Below are positions 8,747-17,058 of a stretch of 31,162 bases of DNA, piece after piece. Origin of the DNA: Elusimicrobiota bacterium. GTDB lineage: Bacteria; Elusimicrobiota; Elusimicrobia; Elusimicrobiales; UBA9959. Location of the stretch: positions 1 to 31,162 of the forward strand of contig JAINCQ010000024.1 of the NCBI GenBank assembly GCA_036574205.1, given 5' to 3'. The position numbers and the translations under genes were made by a program. Numbering within the stretch: the stretch's first letter is position 1; each line of letters opens with the position of its first letter. The notes below the pieces were generated by a model, which had not been told where the DNA came from, searched no databases, and saw nothing but the letters and a program-made list of their open reading frames with translations.

Positions 8747-10612
8747 TTATTTCTGTTCGACTGAAATTGGGATATAAAGTTTAAAACAAGTTCCTTTTCC
8801 AACCTGACTTATTATTTCAACTTTTCCCTTGTGTCTTTCTACAACTTTTTTAACTACCGCAAGTCCAAGCCCGGTTCCTCTTGCCTTTGTGGTAAAAAAA
8901 GGAGTAAATAATTTTTCTAAAATTTCTTTAGGTATCCCGGGACCGGTATCTTCTATTTCTATTTTTGCCATATTTTCATCTGTTACATCTGTTCTTACTA
9001 TAATTTTCCCTCTTTCAGGCATTACCTCTATAGCATTTTTAATAAGATTCCTTATAACCTGATTCATTTCATCCTGATCTATATTGACGGTTATCTGAGA
9101 AGCATATAATTTTTTTTCAAGCTCTATATGTTGTGGAAAAGGATATGTAGAAAGTAATTCTTCAATATAAGAATTTAAATGAGTAAGTTTCGGCTTTAAT
9201 TCTCTGGTTCTTGCAAAACTCAATATTTCGTCTATTATACCATTAGCCTGCCTTATCTCAGATTCTATTATGGAAATATGTTTTGATATTTTCTGATCAA
9301 TCTGCTGACCAAGTTTAGTTTTAATGAAATAAATAGAATTATTTATAACAGCAAGAGGATTTCTAATCTCATGACTTACTACTGAAGCCATCTGTCCCAT
9401 AGCAGCAAGCCGTTCTTTTTTAATCAGCTCTTCCTGCGCTGATTTTAACTCTCTGGTTCTTGCCTCAACCCTGTTTTCAAGGGTTCTATTGAGCTTTTCA
9501 AGCTGATCTTTTGCGGAAAGAATTTCTGAAGTTTTTATTTTAAGCGATTCGCTCATTTCCATAAAAGTATGAGCCAACTCTCCAATCTCATCATTTGGCA
9601 CTATCAAATCAGTTTCAAAATCAAAATTACCCTCTGCTATTTTTGAAGCCGCTTCCCGCAAAGCTTGAACTGGCTGAGTTATAACAACTGAAACAGCATA
9701 GCCAAGAAAAAGGACGAATATAGTAACAAAGATCATAACCTTCCATGTCTTTGATAGCATCTCCTGAGAAGCCTGATAAGCAATTGATATAGATCTTTCT
9801 ATGTAAATAATCCATCCTAATTCACTTACCTCACTAAAAGCTCCTAAAACTTTTTCACCATTTGAAAGTATTATCTCACCCCCACCACTTTTTGCATCGT
9901 TGCTAATGAGTATTTTTAATATATCATCGCTTAGCCTGGCGTTTGGTTTTTCAGCCTCCTGCTGAACCGAATGGGCTATTATATGACCATTAATATCCAC
10001 AACCGCAACTCTGGTATGATTGGAATCAGGGAAACTGGCTTTTAAAAGACCGGAAAGCGTTGAAAGACTTAGTTTAGCCATAAGTATTCCAGTTGCATAT
10101 CCTGGATTTTTAGGATTAATTATACTTACAGCAATTGTTATAGCCGGATAAGTTCCTTTATATCTTTCAAAATTGCCTATAAACTCTCCATTTTTCATTA
10201 CCTTTTGATAAATAGATGAATTTAAAAAGTCTCTCAATCCATTGTCATCACCTAATCTTACTGTTCTAATAATCTCCTGACCAAGTGGATTTATTACAGA
10301 CATTTCAAGAAAAGCTGAATGTATCTGCATCATATTATTAATAAGCGGTTTTATCTTTTCTAAATTTAGAGAATAAAAATCTTCAAGGTGGGCTGAATCG
10401 TAAAGTATATTTCTAAAAGATATCACATAATTTGTAACAGTATCTCCAAAAGCAAGAGCAAGCGCTTCCTGGTCTCTTATGATAGATTTATTGAGGGTGG
10501 CTTGTGTAAGATTAACAAGATAATAACTCACTATGCCAAGCGGCAAAAGAGAAACAATAAGAAATATAAAAAGTAATTTATAAAATAACTTCCCGCGTTT
10601 TTTTCTTGTCAT
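8747..10612 (-). CDS. Membrane sensor histidine kinase (Cache-like periplasmic domain, HAMP, HisKA, HATPase; NtrB-like)
   Basis: Two TM segments, HAMP (DEIGELA), H-box SHEIRNPL, N-box NLIKNA, DTGPGI, FFTTK and GTGLGL. Confidence 0.95.
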   Translation of the reverse strand: MTRKKRGKLFYKLLFIFLIVSLLPLGIVSYYLVNLTQATLNKSIIRDQEALALAFGDTVTNYVISFRNILYDSAHLEDFYSLNLEKIKPLINNMMQIHSAFLEMSVINPLGQEIIRTVRLGDDNGLRDFLNSSIYQKVMKNGEFIGNFERYKGTYPAITIAVSIINPKNPGYATGILMAKLSLSTLSGLLKASFPDSNHTRVAVVDINGHIIAHSVQQEAEKPNARLSDDILKILISNDAKSGGGEIILSNGEKVLGAFSEVSELGWIIYIERSISIAYQASQEMLSKTWKVMIFVTIFVLFLGYAVSVVITQPVQALREAASKIAEGNFDFETDLIVPNDEIGELAHTFMEMSESLKIKTSEILSAKDQLEKLNRTLENRVEARTRELKSAQEELIKKERLAAMGQMASVVSHEIRNPLAVINNSIYFIKTKLGQQIDQKISKHISIIESEIRQANGIIDEILSFARTRELKPKLTHLNSYIEELLSTYPFPQHIELEKKLYASQITVNIDQDEMNQVIRNLIKNAIEVMPERGKIIVRTDVTDENMAKIEIEDTGPGIPKEILEKLFTPFFTTKARGTGLGLAVVKKVVERHKGKVEIISQVGKGTCFKLYIPISVEQK

Positions 10613-10618
10613 ATCTAT

Positions 10619-10624
10619 ATTATA
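10619..10624 (-). promoter_or_regulatory. TATAAT -10 box 6 nt upstream of the kinase ATG; probable leaderless promoter
   Basis: The minus strand reads TATAAT-ATAGAT-ATG, with no SD. Confidence 0.5.
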
Positions 10625-10662
10625 AAAAAAGGTTATTAAATAATTGTTTCAAAATATTAAAA

Positions 10663-12090
10663 TTATTTTCCACATCCCCCACCAGCGCTGCTAGTTTCAA
10701 TAGATATATCTTTATAAGCTTCAAAACTCTTAAGCTGGTTTATCCCAACTACAGAAATATTTCCATTAACTATAAAACTTGGAGAAACCGTCATCTTCAA
10801 GCTATTGGAATATTTAAAATCTTCTTCAAGTAATTTTTTGCCTAATGAATCAAAATTAGATTCTATAGTTTTTATATCTATACCACTTTTTTGAGCTGCT
10901 TCTTTCCATTCCCCTGATTGATAATTCTTGTTTCTTTCTTTAAGATAAGCAAAAAATTTTTCAGGGAAAAGCTTTTTTATTATCAGTTGCCTTGCATCTT
11001 CTTGCCATTCCAATTCTCCATGTAATGAGTTAAAATTAATTTTTCCTTCATTATCCTTAAAATAATCACCTATATAATGTATCTCAATAGTAATATCCTT
11101 TGAAATAAGCCCTTTTTCAACAGCATTAATTATAGAATTTTCTGCCATAACTCCAAAAGGACACTGTGACATAACAAACAGTTCAAGTTTGTTCCCTTCT
11201 TTCTTTCTGTTGAGAATAATATTTGATGAATTTGGATTATAATAAGCATAGTAATTTCCAAGTTTTTCAAAAGCATTTTGTTCTATTGGTCCTGAAAGGA
11301 CTTCGTTTACTGTCTGATTTTTTTCTATCAGATAGGCGGGAAGCATTTTTATTCCTTCTTTCTCTTTTGGACTAAGGGTTTGAAACTCTACTTTTTCAAC
11401 ATCGAGAGATGAAAAAAATCTTTTAAAAGCTTCTATTATTCTTTCATCAATCCAGCCTTCGCTTTCCTTAGAATATACCACCTTAAATTTAGGTCCTTTA
11501 ATTTTTAAAAGTTCATCTTTATATGTTTTAATCTTTTTTTCCTGAGGAAGATTTGAATTTATGGTTTCTATTATATCAAGCATTCTTGCGCTTTTGTTAT
11601 AAGGATTACCATTAACAAAGATTGACATACTAACTATATTTTTTGAAGATATTCTATCATATGCCTCTTTTATAAGAAGGCTCCTATTTTTTTGAACATA
11701 TTCATCAAATTCAACGGGATTTATTTGCGTAAATATTAATGCATCCCGCCAGCCATCTGGTGTCATATTCAATGAACGTGATATTAAATAGTCATTTAGT
11801 TTTAATGGATATTTTTTTATTATACCTTCTATCCTTGCAACCTCGGATGTTTCAATCTCACCCCGAGAATTTGTCAATTTATCTTTTTCCTTCAAAATTA
11901 TTGGATAGACATTAATTTTAATATCTTTTATTTTTCTTTTAATAAGATCAAAGTTGAGATAATTTTGCCAGCCCGCTGTATCAAATGGTTCAAAATACAT
12001 GTCAACCTCAACCTTGAAAACTTTATCCTCAGATACAACCGAAGTTGTAAATAGCAATGCTATCATACTAAACAAAAAAACTTTTTTCAT
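10663..12090 (-). CDS. Exported protein with duplicated thioredoxin/DsbA/GILT-like domains
   Basis: Start reassigned to ATG 12090 (SD AGGAGAG, signal peptide MKKVFLFSMIALLFTTSVVS). Motifs: LELFVMSQCPFG, SLHGELE, cis-Pro-like SPSFIVNG and C-terminal GGGCGK. Confidence 0.65.
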   Translation of the reverse strand: MKKVFLFSMIALLFTTSVVSEDKVFKVEVDMYFEPFDTAGWQNYLNFDLIKRKIKDIKINVYPIILKEKDKLTNSRGEIETSEVARIEGIIKKYPLKLNDYLISRSLNMTPDGWRDALIFTQINPVEFDEYVQKNRSLLIKEAYDRISSKNIVSMSIFVNGNPYNKSARMLDIIETINSNLPQEKKIKTYKDELLKIKGPKFKVVYSKESEGWIDERIIEAFKRFFSSLDVEKVEFQTLSPKEKEGIKMLPAYLIEKNQTVNEVLSGPIEQNAFEKLGNYYAYYNPNSSNIILNRKKEGNKLELFVMSQCPFGVMAENSIINAVEKGLISKDITIEIHYIGDYFKDNEGKINFNSLHGELEWQEDARQLIIKKLFPEKFFAYLKERNKNYQSGEWKEAAQKSGIDIKTIESNFDSLGKKLLEEDFKYSNSLKMTVSPSFIVNGNISVVGINQLKSFEAYKDISIETSSAGGGCGK

Positions 12091-12136
12091 ACACTCTCCT
12101 TTTAAGATTTCTTTAATTAGATTAATTGTAACCAAT

Positions 12137-12511
12137 TTATTTACCTTTTCTTGAGAGAAGCTGTTTTATCCTTATGGAAAGTTCCTGAATATCAAATGGC
12201 TTTGTTATATACTCATCCGCCCCAAGGGTGAACCCTTGAGTTTTTTCATCAGAAGACAAAAATCTTCCGCTCATCATAATTATAACTATATCCTTTGAAA
12301 TCTTCCTGATATCCTGACAAAGCTGAAAGCCGATTGAATCCGGAAGCTGAATATCCATTATAACTACATCAGGCATATGTTTTTTAGCAAGGTCAAAACC
12401 TTCTTTTGCATTTTTTGCTTCAAAACATTTAAAACCTTCAAGCTCAAGCGACTCTGAAAGACTTTCCCTCAAATTAGCATCATCATCTACCACCAAAACT
12501 TTTTTCTCCAT
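12137..12511 (-). CDS. Single-domain response regulator (CheY-like receiver)
   Basis: VLVVDDD, phospho-acceptor D53 (IMDIQLPD), MMSG and KPF. Confidence 0.93.
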   Translation of the reverse strand: MEKKVLVVDDDANLRESLSESLELEGFKCFEAKNAKEGFDLAKKHMPDVVIMDIQLPDSIGFQLCQDIRKISKDIVIIMMSGRFLSSDEKTQGFTLGADEYITKPFDIQELSIRIKQLLSRKGK

Positions 12512-12522
12512 CTGCCCTCCAA

Positions 12523-13290
12523 TTATGGAATAAACTTATAACCAACACAGGATACGGTGTGAATATACTTTGCTGCTTTCCCCATTTTGGCCCTCAACCT
12601 TCTTATATGGACATCAACAGTTCGTGGTGAACCAAAATAATTAAAACCCCATATTCTTTCAAGCAGATAAGGCCTTGACAAAACCCTATTAGGTGAACTC
12701 AGAAACACATAAAGAAGGTCAAATTCTTTAGCAGTAACTTTTATTTCCTTTCCAGCTATCTTTACAGTGTAGCTTGACATATTGAGTTCTATCTCATTTG
12801 ACTTTATCACCTCTTCGGTTTCTTTTGGTCCTATCCTTCTAATAACCGCCTTTATCCTTGCTACGCTTTCATGCAGATCTTGATCATAACTTAAACATTC
12901 ATCTGCTCCAAGCTGGAAAAAAGCAAGTTTATATGTTATAGATGGACTTTCTGACTTTCCCTTTGGAGCAGATCCAAAAGAAAGGACAAGATCACTGGAA
13001 AGATCTTTTGGTATCACATCAAGCAACAAATTGGGAGAATCAACTATAGCTACTACCGGGATTTCTTTATAAGAAGAACTCCTTAGTTGTTTTAAGAACT
13101 TCAAGCCACTTATATCTGCTAGTTCGTGTGACAGAATCATAATATCTATTTTTCTTTCCTCCAATATAGAAAGCACATCTCTGGATTTTGTGGATGTAAT
13201 AACCGAATAGCCTTGTCTTTTTAACATTTCTATCAACAGTGATGACTTAACAAAATCTTTTGCGGCAAAAAGTATATTTATTTTTATCAT
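12523..13290 (-). CDS. OmpR/PhoB-family regulator with degenerate (pseudo-)receiver domain
   Basis: Intact winged helix (TAKEFDLL, LLERIWG, RTVDVHIRRLRAK, GYKF). The receiver lacks the acidic pair, has Ser54 at the phospho-Asp position and has no KP. Confidence 0.88.
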   Translation of the reverse strand: MIKINILFAAKDFVKSSLLIEMLKRQGYSVITSTKSRDVLSILEERKIDIMILSHELADISGLKFLKQLRSSSYKEIPVVAIVDSPNLLLDVIPKDLSSDLVLSFGSAPKGKSESPSITYKLAFFQLGADECLSYDQDLHESVARIKAVIRRIGPKETEEVIKSNEIELNMSSYTVKIAGKEIKVTAKEFDLLYVFLSSPNRVLSRPYLLERIWGFNYFGSPRTVDVHIRRLRAKMGKAAKYIHTVSCVGYKFIP

Positions 13291-13302
13291 TTTAAAACCT
13301 TT

Positions 13303-13596
13303 TTATTCCTGTTTTTCTTCCATTTCAACCACTAATCCCTTCAAGCCAATTATATTGACGAAGAAATTATATATGAAAACCAGAAAACTTATATAAGCTA
13401 AAGTTATAATATAAAACACTATGGTATATATAAACATACCTATAAATTTTGACTTAAAGCTTTCTCCAAACCATATCGGGCTTGGTGTAATAAATATTGC
13501 AACAAGCGCAACAAAAAGCCCTATAAAAAACAAAGCCACGCTAAAACCGGAAAAAACTATCGATGAGATTTCAATTCTTTTTACTTCAAGCTTCAT
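13303..13596 (-). CDS. Small two-TM membrane protein (DUF3566-like)
   Basis: LEVKRIEISS N-terminus, two hydrophobic helices, YN...GLVVEM end; SD GGGAGG. Confidence 0.6.
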   Translation of the reverse strand: MKLEVKRIEISSIVFSGFSVALFFIGLFVALVAIFITPSPIWFGESFKSKFIGMFIYTIVFYIITLAYISFLVFIYNFFVNIIGLKGLVVEMEEKQE

Positions 13597-13663
13597 ATAA
13601 CCTCCCGCTATATATATTATTAAATATTATTTTAACTTAAAATTCAAGTAATATCAATGAGAC

Positions 13664-14068
13664 TTATATAGCTTGAGTTGATAACTTAACTTCATCATCT
13701 ATATACTTTATCGCAAGACCTGAAAAAAAACATTTTTCTTTAAGATCTGAATTTATAGTATTAGCATCAAAATTAAAATAATATATTATCCCATTAGCTC
13801 CAGCCAATGCGGCAGCTTTTCTTGCTTTATTCAATATCTTTTTCTGAATAGAAACATCGCAGTTAAATCTTTCACTGTGTATTATGGCTATTCCTCCAAA
13901 AGACTTTTTTACAGAATTTCTGTCCTGATACAATTCTATGTCTTTTGGCTTTTTTGGGGGAAAATATGGACCCGTTTGTATAATATCAATACCTACGCTA
14001 CTACAAGCAGTAAAAAAGAACAAGACTGCAAGGAGTATTATGGGAGATTTATTCCCAGCTCTTTGCAT
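13664..14068 (-). CDS. Putative lipoprotein
   Basis: Hydrophobic stretch plus lipobox-like FTA-C, and KARKAAALAGANGII (YbjQ-like fold hint). The start lies inside hicA. Confidence 0.65.
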   Translation of the reverse strand: MQRAGNKSPIILLAVLFFFTACSSVGIDIIQTGPYFPPKKPKDIELYQDRNSVKKSFGGIAIIHSERFNCDVSIQKKILNKARKAAALAGANGIIYYFNFDANTINSDLKEKCFFSGLAIKYIDDEVKLSTQAI

Positions 14069-14223
14069 ATTTTTTTTGCCGCAAAATCAGCTATCTCGTT
14101 ATGCCTTGTTACTGGAACCTCTTTATTGGTTTTTGGATTTAAAAAAACAGAATACTTCCCACCTTCTCTTACAAGTATACATCCCTCTTTGTTTAAGTGT
14201 CTTACTAAATCCTTCCTTTTCAT
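14038..14223 (-). CDS. hicA: HicA-family (dsRBD-fold) toxin homologue, orphan, catalytic His replaced by Tyr
   Basis: MKRKDLVRHL..GC.LVREGGK(Y)SVF.NP...VPV.RH.EI....AKKICKELGI; SD GGAGG. Confidence 0.85.
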   Translation of the reverse strand: MKRKDLVRHLNKEGCILVREGGKYSVFLNPKTNKEVPVTRHNEIADFAAKKICKELGINLP

Positions 14224-14238
14224 AACACCTCCGGTCGA

Positions 14239-14697
14239 TCAACTTCTTTTAATTTTTCCAAAAAGTTTCCATTTTAATTTCGTTTTATCGAAATACACAT
14301 ATATAATATTGATACTACCATCATCTCCTTCAAGAATTAGCATTGGCTTTCCTTCTATACTAATAGCCCCTTTTAAAATCCCATATGAATAAGGGAGAGC
14401 ATCATTATCTATAACTGTTTCCTGAAATTCTCCACCACTATCATATGAAACATTTTCGTTTTCATAACTAAGGCTATCAACCATAACTCCGCCTTCATAA
14501 TCATAATTATCTGATTGGGCTGTTTGTTTTGTTTTTTCCTTTGAATTTGAAGTTTCCTGAGTTTTTAGAATTTCAGTCTGGGTAGATTTTTTTATCTGAT
14601 AATTTGTTGTCTGAGTTTTTTGCTCCTGTTTTGATGGTTCTTTTGAAAATAAATTAAAACTAAAAACAAGCAAAAATATAAAAAATAATATTTTCAT
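14239..14697 (-). CDS. Secreted hypothetical protein with Q/T/K-rich linker
   Basis: Signal peptide MKILFFIFLLVFSFNLFS, SD GGAGG, a low-complexity linker, then a small beta-rich domain. Confidence 0.75.
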   Translation of the reverse strand: MKILFFIFLLVFSFNLFSKEPSKQEQKTQTTNYQIKKSTQTEILKTQETSNSKEKTKQTAQSDNYDYEGGVMVDSLSYENENVSYDSGGEFQETVIDNDALPYSYGILKGAISIEGKPMLILEGDDGSINIIYVYFDKTKLKWKLFGKIKRS

Positions 14698-14709
14698 AAT
14701 TCCTCCATA

Positions 14710-15513
14710 TCAAAACTTCTTAATATTTATTTTACATATTTTAACCCCGGCAAATCTATATGCAAGCTCCATAAAATTTTGTGGTTTATCGCTGACATAA
14801 AAATCACTCCATCCATTTTTTTTGCTTCTAGAAGCAAGTGTTAAATCATCAAGCATTTTCTTAACATATTTAGCGCAGGTTTGAGAAGAATCTACTATAT
14901 TTATATCCTTTAAGGTTTTCTCAATAACCTTTTTAAGTAGAGGATAATGAGTGCATCCAAGTATTATCGTATCATATATCGATTTTCTGAACTCTCCAAG
15001 ATAAGTTTCTGCGATAAGAGCTGTTGCTTTGTGTTCTATAAAATTTTCCTCCACAAGAGGAACAAAAAGAGGGCAGGCTTTTTCCACAACTGAAAAATCG
15101 CCTCTAGTTTTTATTTCGTTAAGATATGAATGACTGTTTATTGTTGCCCTTGTCCCTATAACTATAATAGCTTTGTTTTTTGTTCTGGCAATTGCGGCAT
15201 CAACCCCTGGTTTTATAACTCCAACAACTGGAAGTTTAGTTTTATTTTTAATAAGCTCAAGCGCTATTGATGATACTGTATTACAAGCAACAACTATCAT
15301 TTTAACTCCGCGGGAAACTAAAAACTCAGATATCTCCATGGCAAATAACTTTATATTCTCCTCAGATTTGTTCCCATATGGGACACGCATTGTGTCGCCA
15401 AAATATATAATATTTTCAAAAGGCATTAACTTTCTTATCTCTCTGTAAACCGTCAGTCCCCCCACCCCAGAGTCAAACACTCCTATAGGAGCGTTATTTA
15501 ATGTACTTATCAT
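14710..15513 (-). CDS. murI: Glutamate racemase
   Basis: GVFDSGVGGLTV, VPYG, VVACNT and LGCTHYP. Confidence 0.97.
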   Translation of the reverse strand: MISTLNNAPIGVFDSGVGGLTVYREIRKLMPFENIIYFGDTMRVPYGNKSEENIKLFAMEISEFLVSRGVKMIVVACNTVSSIALELIKNKTKLPVVGVIKPGVDAAIARTKNKAIIVIGTRATINSHSYLNEIKTRGDFSVVEKACPLFVPLVEENFIEHKATALIAETYLGEFRKSIYDTIILGCTHYPLLKKVIEKTLKDINIVDSSQTCAKYVKKMLDDLTLASRSKKNGWSDFYVSDKPQNFMELAYRFAGVKICKINIKKF

Positions 15514-17014
15514 ATTCTAAAATCCCTTTGTAAATAGAATTTGCAATTTTTTGCTGCACATTAGTGCTATCAAGATTTTTTTTATCCTCTTTATTAGTCA
15601 TAAAACCAGTTTCAATTAGTATTCCGGGGCAATAACTTCCCCTTAAAACATAAAAAGCAGCCTGTTTTATTCCCCTGTTTTTAAAAGGGGTATTTTTCGT
15701 TAGTTCTCTGGAAACATATGAAGCCAAAATACTTCCGCCGTTTATATATTCGTTCCTTGCCAGAGAATGCAAAACCAATGCAGCACCGGTATAATCAAAA
15801 GTGCCATCCTCATAGCTTATGGATGCGTTCTCATAATCTGCTACCTCACTTGCCCATGGGTCTGTTGCCTTTTCAGAAAGGAAATACACCTCAAATCCTT
15901 TTTCGCTTTTATTTTTATGTGCGTTTGCATGTATAGAGATAAAGATATCACATTTCTTATCATTGGCAAACTTGCTTCTTTCATATAATGGAATAAAATC
16001 ATCCGAATCCCGGGTCAAATAAACCTCAAATTTTTTATCTTTTTTAATCAAATCATAAAGTTTTTTCGCTATTTCAAGGTTTATTTGTTTTTCTTTTTTC
16101 CCAAAAATTACTTTTCCTCCCGGGTCCTTCCCCCCATGACCGGGATCTATAATAATAATTTTTTTGCTCCCATCAATTTTCATTTTATCAGGAAGGACAA
16201 AAGAAGAGGTAGATAATACCTCATTATCCGACGCTTGTTGTGATATGACTGATCCTATTCTTGTTTCGGTTAAATCTTTTCTTGTTTTTATATCCACAAC
16301 GATTCTATCTGGATCTTTGAGAGTAAAAGACTCATATTCCCCAAAGTTTTCGCCCATATCCATCGTAACTTTCAATACTTTTGGATCCTGAGTTGCTTTT
16401 ATCTGATTTATATTTCCATCATTGACGTTAATGTTTTCGCTTTGAGTAACATAAGAAGCATCAAAAACTGTTAAAACAAGAGATTTACCAACAATTTCAG
16501 TCCGATATTTTAAAGGCAAAGCCATATATAAAACAACTCTTGTTTTATCCATATATGAAAAAAATTTAATAGAGGTTACATTTATATCTTCATAAATACC
16601 TATTAGTTTATTTTTATTATCTATATCAATCTTAAATTCAAAAATCCTGGCGAAAGATAAATGGGTAAAAATCTCAGTTGCCAAAAAATACTCACCGCCT
16701 CTTAATATCGCAGGTTTTAAAATATTAAAACTCTCAACCCCATTAAAATCAACTTTATCTTTAAATATACTAAGTTTCTTTCCATCAATGACAAGCATTA
16801 TTTTAGATGAAACAGAATAGATATATTTTTTAGCTTTTAAGTATTTAGCAATATCATTTAAGCTAAAATATAATCTTTCCCCGTTCTCATAATACATCGC
16901 TGAACCAATATATTTGTCTTTTTTAAAAACTTTATATTTACCAACCCCGGACTGTAATTCAGGAAAAAACAAAGAAATCGCAATAAAAAATAAAAAGATT
17001 TTTTTTCTGAGCAT
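15494..17014 (-). CDS. N-acetylmuramoyl-L-alanine amidase (AMIN + Amidase_3, AmiC-like)
   Basis: Signal peptide, PDRIVVDI (AMIN), IDPGHGGKDPG, EK.INL, SIHAN and LIETGF. Confidence 0.93.
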   Translation of the reverse strand: MLRKKIFLFFIAISLFFPELQSGVGKYKVFKKDKYIGSAMYYENGERLYFSLNDIAKYLKAKKYIYSVSSKIMLVIDGKKLSIFKDKVDFNGVESFNILKPAILRGGEYFLATEIFTHLSFARIFEFKIDIDNKNKLIGIYEDINVTSIKFFSYMDKTRVVLYMALPLKYRTEIVGKSLVLTVFDASYVTQSENINVNDGNINQIKATQDPKVLKVTMDMGENFGEYESFTLKDPDRIVVDIKTRKDLTETRIGSVISQQASDNEVLSTSSFVLPDKMKIDGSKKIIIIDPGHGGKDPGGKVIFGKKEKQINLEIAKKLYDLIKKDKKFEVYLTRDSDDFIPLYERSKFANDKKCDIFISIHANAHKNKSEKGFEVYFLSEKATDPWASEVADYENASISYEDGTFDYTGAALVLHSLARNEYINGGSILASYVSRELTKNTPFKNRGIKQAAFYVLRGSYCPGILIETGFMTNKEDKKNLDSTNVQQKIANSIYKGILEYDKYIK

Positions 17015-17058
17015 ACCAATCTCCTAAACTAAATTTTACAATTTTTAAAAGCAATACA

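Noticed and set aside
8721..10657. Loose inverted similarity (ATATTTGAAA..ATTATTTA) flanking the kinase gene
   Set aside because: Gapped and nearly all A/T, with no transposase or target duplication; consistent with chance.
12091..12135. N-terminal 15-aa extension of the 490-aa ORF
   Set aside because: The SD and signal peptide point to ATG 12090 as the true start.
13877..14392. 171-aa and 95-aa plus-strand ORFs as a possible HicB or antisense antitoxin
   Set aside because: No HicB features (RNase H-like fold with RHH/HTH). They overlap well-supported minus-strand genes and read as their antisense translation.
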